A program made the translations under genes and the position numbers. The notes beneath the pieces were generated by a model that had not been told where the DNA came from, did not search any database, and saw only the letters and a list, made by a program, of their open reading frames with translations. This document shows positions 51,109-63,628 of a stretch of 64,000 bases of DNA, piece after piece. Every line of letters starts with the position of its first letter. Position 1 is the stretch's first letter. The stretch covers positions 83,514,001-83,578,000 of the forward strand of contig OX597819.1 of NCBI GenBank assembly GCA_951406725.2, given 5' to 3'. Source of the DNA: Octopus vulgaris (lineage: Eukaryota).

Positions 51109-52973
51109 CATCCTAGTTTCCTATCTTCTTTCTCAAATAACTAAGATTGTTCATTAATAAAACTTCAAACTGGTGTTGTTTAGGTAATTTATCCTTGGTT
51201 AAAACTAAAATTTTATCATTTCTTTATAAAAGCAAATGCTTCTCAGAACTATTTGAGAGGGTTGGACATAATGTCGTAGCTAGTTCTACTTGGGCTTATT
51301 CTTCTGCCCTCCCCTTCTCTTCTTTTCTTTTCCTTTTCTTCCACCTCATCTCATTGTCATTATTTTACTACTGCAAAACAAGATTCATTTAATTTTATAG
51401 TGACACTGCTACTTGCAGCATCCCTTCCCCCACCATACACACACACACACACACACACACATGCTCAGTTGTGTGTTTAAGGTCCCTTTGAAACCAAATG
51501 GTTTCAGGCTCAATCCTACTGCACAGCACTTAAGCTAGTGTCTCCTATTATAACCCGAGGCCAACAAATGCTTTGTGAAAGAATTTGGTAAACAGAAACT
51601 GCAGGAACTCATACAAATCAAATATTTATAATTACTGAACATTCAAATTTCTAATCATTTAGAAATTGTAAATATGAATATCTTCATAAGCAACTAAAAA
51701 AAAAAAAACTTATGAAAAGATGAGATAAATCCCACCTTAGATAAGCTGCTAATCTCTTGTTGGTAAACACTCTCTGAAGATCTGGTGTTTGTTCTTTACA
51801 AGCAGGAAACTGAAGCATGAACAGACTTGGCTGTGTGTTTGAGGAATTCACTTTTCAGTTGCATGATTTTACATTCTATCCATAGCTTCAGGTCAACCAA
51901 GGGGTGGGGTGGGGTGGATGTCTGTAAACTGTGCGGAAGTCTGTCATTTGGACTGCACATGTTCTTGGGTGGAAGACCTAAATTTGTCACCATCATCTGG
52001 TTCTCTAGTGCATTTAGCAGAGCCCACTCAGCTGCAAGCATTCAAACTGGATGTAACTCTAAATATAACTCCTCCCTTTCCCTTATAGTCATGGAATTGA
52101 AATGCTGAAGAAATCATGAGCATTGCTCTGACTCAACCAGCATTTCATATGGATGGGGGTGTAGACAACCTCAGGTGTCTCCAAGAAGAATTTTGCAAGT
52201 TAGCATTAGATGCTTTTGGGACCTGGGAGTGAAGAAGATGTCCTTTCAAAATTCAAGTGAACTATGTTATGTCTACATTTTTTTAAAAAAGGATCCCAGG
52301 ATATAATCATATTCTTTGGCTCTCCAGACCCTAAATTAATGCAATGGTTGAATACCACTTCTTATAGGACCTGCAACTTCTTCTGTAGAAGAGAGGTTGT
52401 GAAGATTGAAAGATGACAAAAACATTACCAAGTTTAATAAAATTTAGATGGTGACAACTTTTTAAACTTATCCAATACCATGATAAAGAAAGAATTATAT
52501 GGAGACCATCTCTATTTTGTTTTATTAATAAAGAGGTGGGGTGGGTGGAAATTATTTTACTAATATTGTCAATGGAGTGGCTGATATTTTCCTCTGAACT
52601 ATTATAACCATTAATATCTACAAGAAATTTTTCCATAAACTGGTTTTGTTTTTGTTATGTAACTCGTAACTTCCCCAGCATGTGTCCCAATAATTTCCTA
52701 AGAAATCAAATTTATGTATAAAGAAAAAAACATGCAAACAATTTTTTGTTGTACTTAATCATTGACCAAACATTTGTACTTCTTAGTTTCAAAGGTTTCT
52801 GAGATATCTGCATAATCACTGATGTAATCAATCAACCAAATAACCTTGGTAAAAACTAGAACCACCTAATATTTTTTTTTAATGGATATCACTGATGTTC
52901 GAAACATATACAATTGAGCTCTAACATTAGTAGCTCTCTGACTGTTTAGGATGTGTATAGCATTAGCTTAGGG

Positions 52974-53135
52974 CAGGTATGAGCAACTTTCTTCGAGAAG
53001 CAGGCCACTTGAGACATGGCTAATCATCAGATGGGCCACACAACTACAAAAATTAAAGACAATTTTTCATTAGCCATGCCACTCAGAAAGTCCATAGGCC
53101 CATGCAACCTGCAGTCTGCAGATTGTCTGTAACTA
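52974..53135. mobile_element. short hAT/Charlie-like MITE relic
   Basis: caggtatgagcaact..gcaggccac ... gcagattgtctgtaacta; flanks gcttaggg / gcttaagg. Confidence 0.55.
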
Positions 53136-53280
53136 GCTTAAGGTAAATCCGGTTTCTACATCAGTTTTTGTCTTCAAGTCCAAAATTTCATTTCTGAATG
53201 CTTGTTAAAAAAGATACTTTTTAAAATTTTGTTTTCTTTTGATAAATCTTTGCTTGACTAGAATCTATTTTTATTTTCAG

Positions 53281-53357
53281 AACAAAACTTTTCATTCGTT
53301 TTCCTCGAGTACTGTTTGCCACCGAAGATGCCTTTCAAATGAAAAAAAATTGCCTTG
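53281..53357 (+). CDS. MYO1C: exon 16: TKLFIRFPRVLFATEDAFQMKKNCL
   Basis: ttttcag acceptor, gtatgt donor, 77 nt; follows a 16.8-kb intron and the phase matches exon 15. Confidence 0.95.
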
Positions 53358-53704
53358 GTATGTATAATTAAATTTTAGAATCAGTTTTAGTTTTACTGAC
53401 GGTGTATAAGACATTGGTTCCAATTTCGTATTGTATTAATCATTCACTTTATAATTTATGAGACATCAGTCATTATTCTGAACTTGCATGAAATCCTTCA
53501 AGGATTGATGTTCACTTTTCTTCCTTCTGGAAGTCAATAAAATAAATACCAAACATTTATTGGGTCAATCTAACCCTTGTGATACCAACCTGTCTAAAAC
53601 AGCTCGTGGTTCTAAATTTCCTGTTTAATTTAATAGAAAAAAGATCAAAATTAATAACATTACACTGTAATTAAATTTTTATTCTTTTGTCTTTGGTCAG
53701 AAAG

Positions 53705-54111
53705 TGTTATTTCCTATTTGCTTATATCTAGGAATCAAAGGAAATAACTACTATTCCCTTCAAACTTTGCTTTTGTGACCTGGCCATCAATGTTTTGAAA
53801 CTGGCCTACTTTCCATTACAGTTTAGACACATTCAACACTAAGTTACTGAAGCAGAAATATCATTTTAACAAATATTCTGCTCAGCACCACAGATTCGCT
53901 TCTCAGTTGCTTGACCTTAACCATTTGAGCTTGTCCCTTAGTGGCTGAGAATATGTGCATCTCTAATGATGAGCAGGAGTAGTGAGGGAGCATGATAATC
54001 ATGTGTTGAGAGGGATTCTTTGGGGTTTGAATAAATGTAAGAAAAGCAAAGTTTGAAGGAAATATTAGCCATTTTTCATACTTTCAAGGAGTAAGCAAAT
54101 AGGAAATAACA
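53705..54111. mobile_element. MITE with ~70-bp imperfect TIRs
   Basis: tgttatttcctatttgctta..ccttcaaactttgctttt versus aaaagcaaagtttgaagg..taagcaaataggaaataaca. Confidence 0.75.
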
Positions 54112-54644
54112 GTTGCTACACAGTATAATCCCTAAACATGAAGCTAAAGTTCAGTGCATAAACTGTCTGTCTTTGGTATTATGCTTAGATATAATCATCT
54201 TGATCCAGAACTTGCTAATTGTACTGTAACAGATAACAAATTGTACCTTCTGAAAAAAAGTATGTTTGATCTTCTCAACCCTCATTCTTCTTTCACTCAG
54301 TCTTCATCAACCCAATGTCTTACCGGGTGTTAATAACAGTAGCTCACACACAAACTTCCAGTCTTTTCTCAGTGAGGTTATTAATAACTAGTTGTCTACC
54401 ATGATGCTAACGCTTGCTAGCCATGGTAAAGAAGAAATAAAAAGTTATCAACAGTGATGATGGCAACAGTGGTGGTGGTGGTGGAGCTGGTGATGGCGGC
54501 AACAACAATGGCGACAGCAACTAATGACTTCTGGAGGATATTAACTTGAGTGACTGAAGCAGTGAAAATGGTGAATTCTTACTGCCAATGACTGATTTTA
54601 TGTTGCAACATACCAAAAAATTGTCTACACATACACAAACACCC

Positions 54645-54697
<53 letters not shown>

Positions 54698-54984
54698 CTA
54701 CTCATACACACAGTACTCATTTCAAGCACCAATGGAGTTGTTACAATCTGATAACTTTTAATGACATAAAATATAAATAATACTAATTTCAAAGAAGGCA
54801 GAAATAGCACACAGACTTGTTAACTACTTCCAACTTAACTAATTATCTTCATCATATTTACACACACACACACACACATTCACACACACGCTGCTACTTA
54901 CCATCCGTGTTAAGCTTAGTTCAAAACCAAACATTCTTAGCATTGCCAGAACTGCATCTAAGACACTAAGTATTATCTCCTTAA

Positions 54985-55205
54985 CCCTTTAGCATTTAAA
55001 CCAGCCATATCCAACCAAAAGTATTCTGCCTGTTTTATGTTCAAACTGGCCAGATCTGGTCTCTCACACCAACCCTACAATATCATTTTAAAAATTAACA
55101 GCTACCTCATCAAAATCTCATAGCTACAAGATAATGCATGATTAGTTCAAAACAATGTAGATAAAAAAGGATTAATTTTGGCAGAATAATGTGAACACTG
55201 AAGGG
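54985..55205. mobile_element. piggyBac-like MITE
   Basis: TTAA|ccctttagcattta ... aacactgaaggg|TTAA. Confidence 0.8.
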
Positions 55206-56031
55206 TTAAAGCCAAGAAATACCTCAGTTCTGGAACCATATTGTCACTTTTACAAAGGTTAGCTACTACCTACTATAAACACAACTCTGAGATGGTGCAG
55301 GTGCTTTGATCACTGACATCTCAAATCACATGCAGATCAACAAACCTGCCTTTTGGAAAACTCCAGTCTTTGCCCCGTGATTTGGTTTTGTTTCTGTCTC
55401 TTCTAAAGCAGACATAATTCACTTTAATCTTCAGAATGTTTTTCTGGGGTTTTTTTCCCCCCCTTTTGTGGTTTGCACCCCCGCTTTAGATTCAGCTGAT
55501 ACAGCTGTGTTTTTATTTACCATATATATGAGACACAGGCATGGCTATGTGGTTAAGAAGCTTGCTTCCCAACCATGTGGTCTCAGGTTCAGTCCCACAG
55601 CAGAGCATCCTAGTCACGTATCTTCTATTATAGCCCTGGACTGACCAAAACTATGGGAAATATTACTTTGCTTGGTAACAAGTGATGGTTGGCAACAAAA
55701 AGGCATCTGATCATAGAAAATTTGCCTCAACAAATTCCATTTGACTTATGTAAGAATAAAAAAGTAGATGTTAAATGATGATGACAATAACATAATCTGT
55801 TTCTTTCCTGAATCTGCAATATTCTGATGATAACTGTTTTTTAGAATTCTTATCCTTCCTGAGATTTCTTACAATACACTAAATTTTACTCATCTCCTCT
55901 GTGTTAAAAATTTATGAAGGCCCTTAACCTCATGAATCATGTCTAATATCTGATCCTTGGTGATAATAAAACTTTATCTTATATATTATTTATCTCTTAA
56001 ACTTTATCATATATTTTATTTATTTTTTCAG

Positions 56032-56100
56032 CTACACAAATTCAAGCTAAGTTTAAGGGCTATAGGCAACAACAGATCTACAAGAAATTACGATTCTCAG
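56032..56100 (+). CDS. MYO1C: exon 17 (IQ1): ATQIQAKFKGYRQQQIYKKLRFS
   Basis: ttttcag acceptor, gtaaac donor, 69 nt; IQxxxKGxxx motif. Confidence 0.93.
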
Positions 56101-56744
56101 GTAAACTATTTTCATTCCTTCGATACCATTTATGTTTTTCGACTTATATTTATTCAACTTTCCATGAAGGCAGAACTGAGTCAATATTATATGGAAATCT
56201 TGTATGAAAACTTATGAATTATAAAGTTGCTCAGTATAGTTGTCTTACTAAAAGAAATATTTGGTGAGATTTCTTCATGAATAACATTAAGTTATCAAAT
56301 AGTTTATGATGATTGCTAAATTAGAAAATTACCTATGATAGAAATGTATTATTTTTTCAAAAGTCAGGTGCAAGTTTGTTGCAATTATTAAATCTTTGGT
56401 ATGTAAACCTAATAAACACATTAGGTGATATATAACTCTTGAAAATCTTTACTGCTTATGATCTTAAAGCAAAAATATTAGCTTTAATGTAAGCATAAAT
56501 ACAACTGCTTAAGATCATCTTTTAATTCTTTTAGAAACATTTGAAATATTCTGAAGTATTTTTCTTTTCTTGCCATCCTTTTAGGAATATGGATTTACTA
56601 GGAGGAGAGGATTCCCATCCCCCTGGCTCCAGCCCCTTTTAGTCGCCTCTTACACCATGCAGGGAATACGGTGACTGCATTCTACTGATCCCCACTCCCC
56701 AGTCACAGTAGGGTTTGCTAATTAACCAATAGCTGAGACCCTTA

Positions 56745-56877
56745 CAGGTGCTACCACTCTGGGCCAGAGTAGACCTGAGAACAATAGTGGCTATGAGGTA
56801 GTTCTACACTCTTTAAACCCTGAAGCCAGGGCCCCAGGGTCCCACTACCAGATGTAGTTTATAGTCATACCCAGGAA
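56745..56877 (-). mobile_element. SINE body relic
   Basis: caggtgctaccactctgggccagagtagacctg...gtcatacccagga resembles a common octopus/fish retroposon module (recalled, not aligned). Confidence 0.5.
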
Positions 56878-58939
56878 ATGAATGGTATGCCTGATGTGTG
56901 TCTTATTGTGGCTACCCACTCCTTAAAAAAATGGGGAATAAGCTTGGGTATATGTATATGTATTTTTCTTTGTTTCTCAGAACAGTCTTAACTCATTAAA
57001 AATTAATTTAGGTTACTATCAGATGTTGATACCTCCACCTTGCAATGTCATTTTTCTATTCCAGTATTTAAAAAGTAAGCTTTACTTTGAAGTAAAACCA
57101 TAGATTTTCACCATTAAATTTTTGCATTGGTAACTAATGTAGGGTAAATAATTGCTGGTGAGAGTATTATACTACTAGAAATGCCTGTATAGTTGATACA
57201 TCTTTTCCACAGCAGACATTTGTGACTGTCATGTATCTAATAAGTTGAATTATTAAAGTAGTGGCAGCTAAAATCTGTGGGTATATCCCATAGTAAAATT
57301 TAGCATGGAAAATAAACACTGCGAGCATGTCAGTATTTTACTTAAAAGATAAGGTCTTGTCAACAGTTAATGAGCCTGGAGTTGTGTTAATAAATGTTAT
57401 TTTTAGAAACTTGGCCCAAATAAATCGAAAGACTTCATCTTTGGTAATGTTACAGTGCTAATATCAACACATTGCTTTAGAGATCGTTGTTCATATTTAC
57501 TATTATATTTAAAATACTGGACACATGAAAGTCATAAAATGATTTACTGCTGAACGCTATTTATACTTGTAATAGCATTCATTTAGCATTCTTAGTGAGC
57601 CCAGTTCAGATGAAACCATGTTTCAAAATGCTACTATATTAGTCATGTCAGATCCAATTTAGGGCTAATTTATGTTCTAGTTTATGATGCAATGCCAAGT
57701 CCAAGTGGAATTTGGAATGAGACCGACCTATCCAACCTGTGCCAGCATGGAGAAACAGGCACAAAACAAATAATAACAATGGGTAAAGATTTCTGGGGCA
57801 TGTTAGCATGAATATCTAAACCCAAAAAAGATGGTGAATTCTTACTGCTAATGACAATGGCACTGTCGCATCATATATAGATCTCTCTCTCTCCCTCCCC
57901 CCCCCCTCTCTCTCTCTCTCTCTTTCACACACACACACATACTACTTGTTTCAAACTTCAAATACTTCAAACAACAGAGATCCTTAGAACTGAGTGTCCA
58001 AGTGTTTGGAGCTCATGAATCTTCACGTGCAATTCAATCTCTGCTGCATTTTAGGAGTACTTACTATAGAAGAAAATTTTTGTAGTGTAATTAGTAAAAT
58101 GGTTGATTGGCAAGGAATAGATATTTGGTTCAAGATCGTATTAGTGAGTTTGTTTATCTTTTCTGTCTCAAATTGGCAATGATAAATTCTGGCATCACTT
58201 TATATAGAAAATCTGAGCAGTTAATTCCTTCATAAAAAGAAATTTTATTTTTAAATGTTATCACAGCTGTCATAAAGTGTGTATATTTTTATATATACAC
58301 ACACAAAGTAGAAAAATGGATTCAAAGAATCAAGCAGAATTCATAGTAAACACTCCCGCAAGGAACCTGCTATCAGTTTGAATAGTAATTAAATTACAAT
58401 ATAGTTAAACTTTTCCATACAGCTGAAAATCCTGGACATACAGTAAATATTTTCATGAGGAGATTATTTATATACTCACTTATGTGTGTGTGTATCAGCT
58501 ATCTAGATTTTGTTTAAAGAAATATTAACTATAACTATCCTACATATCAATAGTATTGGTTGCTACTGTTCCCAAGTGAACATCCCATGTTTATTTCAGA
58601 TAGCGTTTCATAAACAGGGATATATTATTCAATGTGTCCTTCCTTTTTTTTTTAAGATGCCAGGGTATTACTTGAAGGTAATTTTGCTACATGGAACATT
58701 TTATTATGTTTAATTCAGTTAACATTTTGGACTGTGACTTTTCTGTTTATTCTTTTGCTCACTCACTTTTTCTCTAGATCTCCATATTTCTGCAAGTGAT
58801 TCTGGACAAGAGTCTTTAATTCTGTTTACTTCAGTTTCTCACACTGATAAGTTCACCTCTTTATTCACAACTGAGTAAAAGGAATATAAATTGCCAAAAC
58901 TAAAATATCAAAATTATCTCATCTGTGCTATCATTTTTC

Positions 58940-59307
58940 TTTTATCGTTTACTTGTTTCAGTCATTGGACTGCAACAATATTTGGGCATCACCTTGAAGG
59001 TTTTAATCTAATTGACTGACTTATTTTTTTAAGTCTGGTACTTATTCTGACAGTCTTTTGCAAAAACAGCTAAGTTACGAGGGCATAAACAAACTAACAC
59101 TGTCAAGCAGTGAGGAGGCATATACAAATACAAAGACACACACACACACACATATGACAAGCCTCCACACAGTTTCCATCTACCAAATTCACTCACAGGT
59201 TGGCTAAGTACTACAGTAGAAGGCACTTGCCCAAGGTACCATGCAATGGGACTGAATCTAAAACCATATGGTTGCAAAGTGAGCTTCTTAATCACTCAAC
59301 TATGCCT
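58940..59307 (-). mobile_element. SINE family A copy
   Basis: reverse complement of family A. Confidence 0.75.
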
Positions 59308-59429
59308 GAAAAATAAACTCTGCATGGTTCTAAATTTGTAATTTACTCACTGAACTTTAAGGTGTCTTTTATTATTTTGTGAATCTAATAAATAAGCATT
59401 TAACAATCTTTTGATTTGTTATATTTTAG

Positions 59430-59514
59430 CTATTGTAGTGCAATGCTGGATACGACAGTTCTTGGCCCGGAAATTGTTGGAACGTCGAAAGAGAGCTGCA
59501 CAAATCATTCGCAA
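59430..59514 (+). CDS. MYO1C: exon 18 (IQ2 and start of IQ3): AIVVQCWIRQFLARKLLERRKRAAQIIR
   Basis: ttttag acceptor, gtaagt donor, 85 nt. Confidence 0.93.
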
Positions 59515-60519
59515 GTAAGTCTATGTTGTTAAATCACTTTCAGTATTGGAGAAATAGTTGGAACTCAAAGTTCTAGAAAATCTTCTTGAAGGTAAATCAT
59601 TCTCTGCAGTTAACATATATAGGGATTAGTTTGAATTGTTGTGTAGGAAGGAGAAAACATGGGATGGGACTAACTTCTGGAGAGATACACTTATTATGAT
59701 GAAGAATCAGGTGTAGTTGCTATATAGCCATAACTCAACCTTGATCAAGCATGTATATGATCAAAGGTATTCTAGCTATAACCATCCAGTTAACTTGTTA
59801 TATTAGGAACTACATTATCTAATCTATCCTTTTGTATTTAAGATAATAGGGTGTGATTCAAGGGGTGCTTGTCTGCAATTTTAAGATGATATATGATGGC
59901 ACAGAATGTCTCCTAGTTGGCTCAAAACAGACCTAATGTTTAGTATGTGTGTACAACAATATGAGTGATAAAAGAAACATAGACAGGTATGGCATATATG
60001 TATAACTCCTTTGTGACCATTCTGATATATGTGTTTTAACAAATTTTGAGGGATTTAGTAAAATATTGGTTTCAAAAGAGTTAAGTGGAAGTGACATAAA
60101 GCGAGCAAGTTTCTAGGATGTGGACACACTTGTGATAATGTTTAGAGAAGGCAGTCAAAACTTTACAGATGATCAAAGAATTTTTTTTAACAGAGAGCTA
60201 TGCTTGCCAGAAATGTAGATTTGGTCCTCAAAAATGTCACTTCTACAAACATTTTTTTATTGAGATTTTTCCCCATTTTGCTTTAAAGGTACATTATGCA
60301 TGTAATTTTATTTTCACAATCAGTTAAATAATTGACGTATATGACAAATATATTCTTCTTAATTCCTTGGGTATAAGTCCAATATATTTTATGTAAGTGA
60401 TAAAGGATGCCTCATTGCTATGCTCTTATTCATATAAATGCATTCATCTAACCTTGTCATCAATTCCTTCAGAATGTCTTCAATTTGTGCTAACCAGTGA
60501 TTCTGCTGTGTGTTTTTAG

Positions 60520-60679
60520 ATTCATCAAAGGTTTTATGTACCGCAAAAAACCAGCGTGTAAGGAAAACCAAGAATTTGTTCAATATACTAAATATAACTA
60601 CCTTCAGAGACTGAAAACAAAGCTGCCAAAATCTGTTTTAGATAAATCCTGGCCTCCATATCCAGAATTACTTCAAAAG
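60520..60679 (+). CDS. MYO1C: exon 19: KFIKGFMYRKKPACKEN...LPKSVLDKSWPPYPELLQK
   Basis: ttttag acceptor, gtaagt donor, 160 nt; overlaps ORF 60497..60691. Confidence 0.94.
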
Positions 60680-60949
60680 GTAAGTTTGTGAGTTATTTTT
60701 TTCTTAAATAGTAACCTGTAAAAATAAGTTTTATTACCCACCTAAGTTAGATTTTAGTTCTACTATTCCATATACATTTTGTGTATGTTGAGGCAGATTT
60801 TTCTATGCCCAGATACCCTTCTTGTCACTAATACTCACTTGTTTCCAAGCAACATAATACTACCCCATAGCCAGACATGTTTTTCACAGAAGACTAGGAA
60901 CAAGCAACATTGCATGTATGACAGAGATGCTTATTTACAACTAAAACTT

Positions 60950-61001
<52 letters not shown>

Positions 61002-61569
61002 CTGTTTTTAAGCATGAGCACTTGCATGGCATTACACAGCACACTGTGCAAGCTCATCCAATTACTATACTATCTGAGTAAGAAATTTATGGTAGCTCAC
61101 ATTTAAACCTTGTGTTTGATTTATTCATTTTTGTTGCCCTGGACAGCTCAAATTCATAATTTGAGAATATTTTGAGCTGTTGTTTTCTGTGTATTGATTA
61201 CAATGTGACCTCGTGTCACCTTGCCTTGACATCATGTGATAGTTGTAAATAAGAATCACCTTCATTTCCAATCTTCCATGAAAACATGTCTGGTCGTGAG
61301 AAAATATTACCTTACTTGGAAATAGGTGAGGGTTGGTGACAGGAAGAGAATCCAGCTGTAGAAAATATGCCTCAAGAAATTCCATCCAACTCATACAAGC
61401 ATGGAAAGTGTGCTTTAAAACGACAATAATGATCATGATTTTATGTGTGTTACACATGTATACACACACACACACAATCATGCAGAAATGTATATACATC
61501 GATAAAAATAGACTTATACCAAACGGTTAAGTTACCAGCATTTAATGGAAGCTCATAATTTCAAACATT

Positions 61570-62160
61570 GAGGCAATGACCAGTGTCCGAGACTTTTGGA
61601 AATATGCTGTGCTTGAGAAGACCCGGCAAGCCAAGTGAGACCATAACCATGTGGTCTATGCCTGGGGTGTAACCAACCCACTTATGCGTACCTTCCCTTC
61701 ATTGGACACTGCTTGCAAAGATCTGTTGAGGCAAGTGAAATCGAAATCAAATTCGATGACTGGCATCCGTGCTAGTGGAGCACTAAGAGCACCATCCAAG
61801 CGTGATCGTTACCAGTGTGGCTAACTGGCATTCGTGCTGGTGGCTAACTGGCATTCGAGCGTGATCGTTACCAGTGTCACCTTACTGACACTTGTGCCAG
61901 TGTGCAGGTGAAACGTAAATAAACATGAATTTTTCATGGCTGTTGCCAGTACTGCCTGACTGGCCCTCATGCCAGTGGCAAGTAAAAGCTCCCACTACAC
62001 TCTCGGAGTGGTTGGCATTAGGAAGTGCATCCAGCTGTAGAAACTCTACCAGATAAAGATTGGAGCCTGGTGTAGCCATCTGGTTCACCAGTCGTCAGTC
62101 AAATCGTCCAACCCATGCTAGCATGGAAAGTGGATGTTAAACAATGATGATGATGATGAT
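61570..62160 (+). mobile_element. second 5'-truncated copy of the RTE LINE at 18558-19543
   Basis: gacttttggaaatatgctgtgcttgagaagaccc..gccaagtga identical to the ORF end of the first copy; same 3'UTR and (GAT)n tail. Confidence 0.9.
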
Positions 62161-62513
62161 TCATCAACTTTTAAACATCAGTGTAAAATGAATCTCAGAA
62201 TACAAGTTTTTGTACTTTTGTATGCCAGGGCAATGAAACAATAAATTTGAACCTTAGTGGCATGAAACTAAAGACTTCTATTTAAGCCCCTGCTCTACTC
62301 TTTCTTGTCCTCCTTCCATATAAAAATCGAAGAAATTCAAATGCCTAAAAGAATTTCAATTTTGTGATTAAATTAGAAAAATCATTAAGATATCACAGAG
62401 AGAAAGAAAGCTAAAATAGCTATTGGTTTCATAACAGAAACCCCATACACTCTGTAAAGTGGTTGGCATTAGGAAGGGCATCCAGCCATAGAAACCACAA
62501 CAAAACAGACATA

Positions 62514-63020
62514 CAATTCTATATTTAAGAGATGAGGAATTATGAACATTATTTACATTCGACGGATATTAGTCCTCATCTTGTTTGTTGTTAGCATAAC
62601 ATTTCAGCTGATATACCCTCCAGCCTTCTTCAGGTGTCTTGGGGAAATTTCGAACCTGGGTTCTCATTCCTAAGGTATTTTTCAATGTCATTATTATTAT
62701 TATTATTATTATTGTTGTTGTTGTTGTTCAGGTCACTGCTTGGAATCACTATGCTCTTAACCACTATGCCATATGCCCGTGGGCATATGGTGTAGTGGTT
62801 AAGAGCACCAGCTACTGTTCCCAAGATTTCAAGTTCGATTCCAAGCAGTGACCTAAACAATAACAATAATGATAACAACATCGAAAAATACCTTAGGAAT
62901 GAGAACCCAGGTTCGAAATTTCCCCAAGATGCCTGAAGAAGGCTGGAGGGTATATCAGCTGAAATGTTATGCTAACAACAAACAAGATGAGGACTAATAT
63001 CCGTCGAATGTAAATAATAT
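62514..63020. mobile_element. palindromic (head-to-head) tRNA-SINE dimer with Penelope-like hammerhead-containing tails
   Basis: arms 62548-62778 and 62781-63018 are reverse complements; 12-bp TSD aaaacagacata (62502-62513 and 63021-63032); tRNA A/B boxes at the centre; CTGAAGA..GAAA core in both arms. Confidence 0.85.
62929..62972 (+). ncRNA. degenerate minimal type I hammerhead ribozyme motif (mirror copy on the - strand at ~62594-62637)
   Basis: CTGAAGA-a-GGCTG-gagggtatat-CAGCT-GAAA-TGTT; stem I and the stem III palindrome are mutated. Confidence 0.55.
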
Positions 63021-63108
63021 AAAACAGACATAGTCAGGGCAGCTCTTCAGCTGGCTAGCTCCTGTCAAACTGACCAGCCCATGCTAGCATAAAAAACAGA
63101 TGTTACAT

Positions 63109-63331
63109 CAGTAGTTCTCAACTGGGGTCCATATAAGGTTTTGTTATTAAAGAATTCATGTCCAATAAACTGGTTATATTCCTTCAATACACAAAATAGT
63201 TTTATTTTTTTTTTATATATATACAATTTCTAATAATATTTAATTATAAAAATGTAATCGGAGTTTTTAAACATCAAATGGCTCGGAGGGTACATTCGAG
63301 CAAAATAGGAACCAATGGTTGAGAAACCCTG
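63109..63331. mobile_element. hAT/Charlie-like MITE
   Basis: cagtagttctcaac ... gttgagaaaccctg; flanks tgttacat / cattaact are compatible with a decayed 8-bp TSD. Confidence 0.7.
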
Positions 63332-63544
63332 CATTAACTGCTGCTGCTGTTGCCACTGGTGGTGGTGGTGAGGAAGAAGAAGAAGGAGGAGGAGGAGGAC
63401 TATTGAAGCATCTATAATTCTAGATATCTTAACATACGTTCAAGATATCACAATAATCTTCAAAATTATTTCATTGATTTTATTGCAGAACATTTTCTCT
63501 TAATTCTATAAATTATTACTTTAACTATTTTCTTTTGTTCATAG

Positions 63545-63628
63545 ACATCTACACTGCTGTGTAAATTATGTATGAGAAATATGGTGTTGAAATATTGTCT
63601 TAGTATTTCTAAAGAAAGAAAAACTCAG
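63545..63628 (+). CDS. MYO1C: exon 20: TSTLLCKLCMRNMVLKYCLSISKERKTQ
   Basis: ttcatag acceptor, gtaagt donor, 84 nt; resembles the MYO1C post-IQ segment. Confidence 0.9.

Larger units (their letters stand above)
1140..63628 (+). other. MYO1C: Unconventional myosin-I gene (MYO1C/Myo61F-like), partial: 20 exons; 5' and 3' ends outside the window
   Basis: 20 GT-AG exons with compatible phases join into 682 codons containing [96 protein letters not shown] motifs and MYO1C-like post-IQ segments (LPKSVLDKSWP, LCMRNMVLKYC). Confidence 0.93.

Noticed and set aside
56794-56812. let-7-like seed tgaggtag
   Set aside because: Only 9 nt match, lies within a SINE relic, and no precursor hairpin is evident.
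62781-62853. tRNA gene
   Set aside because: A/B boxes are present, but there is no complete cloverleaf and it is fused to a repeat body; it is a SINE head. The same applies to the heads at ~50190-50262 and 21935.
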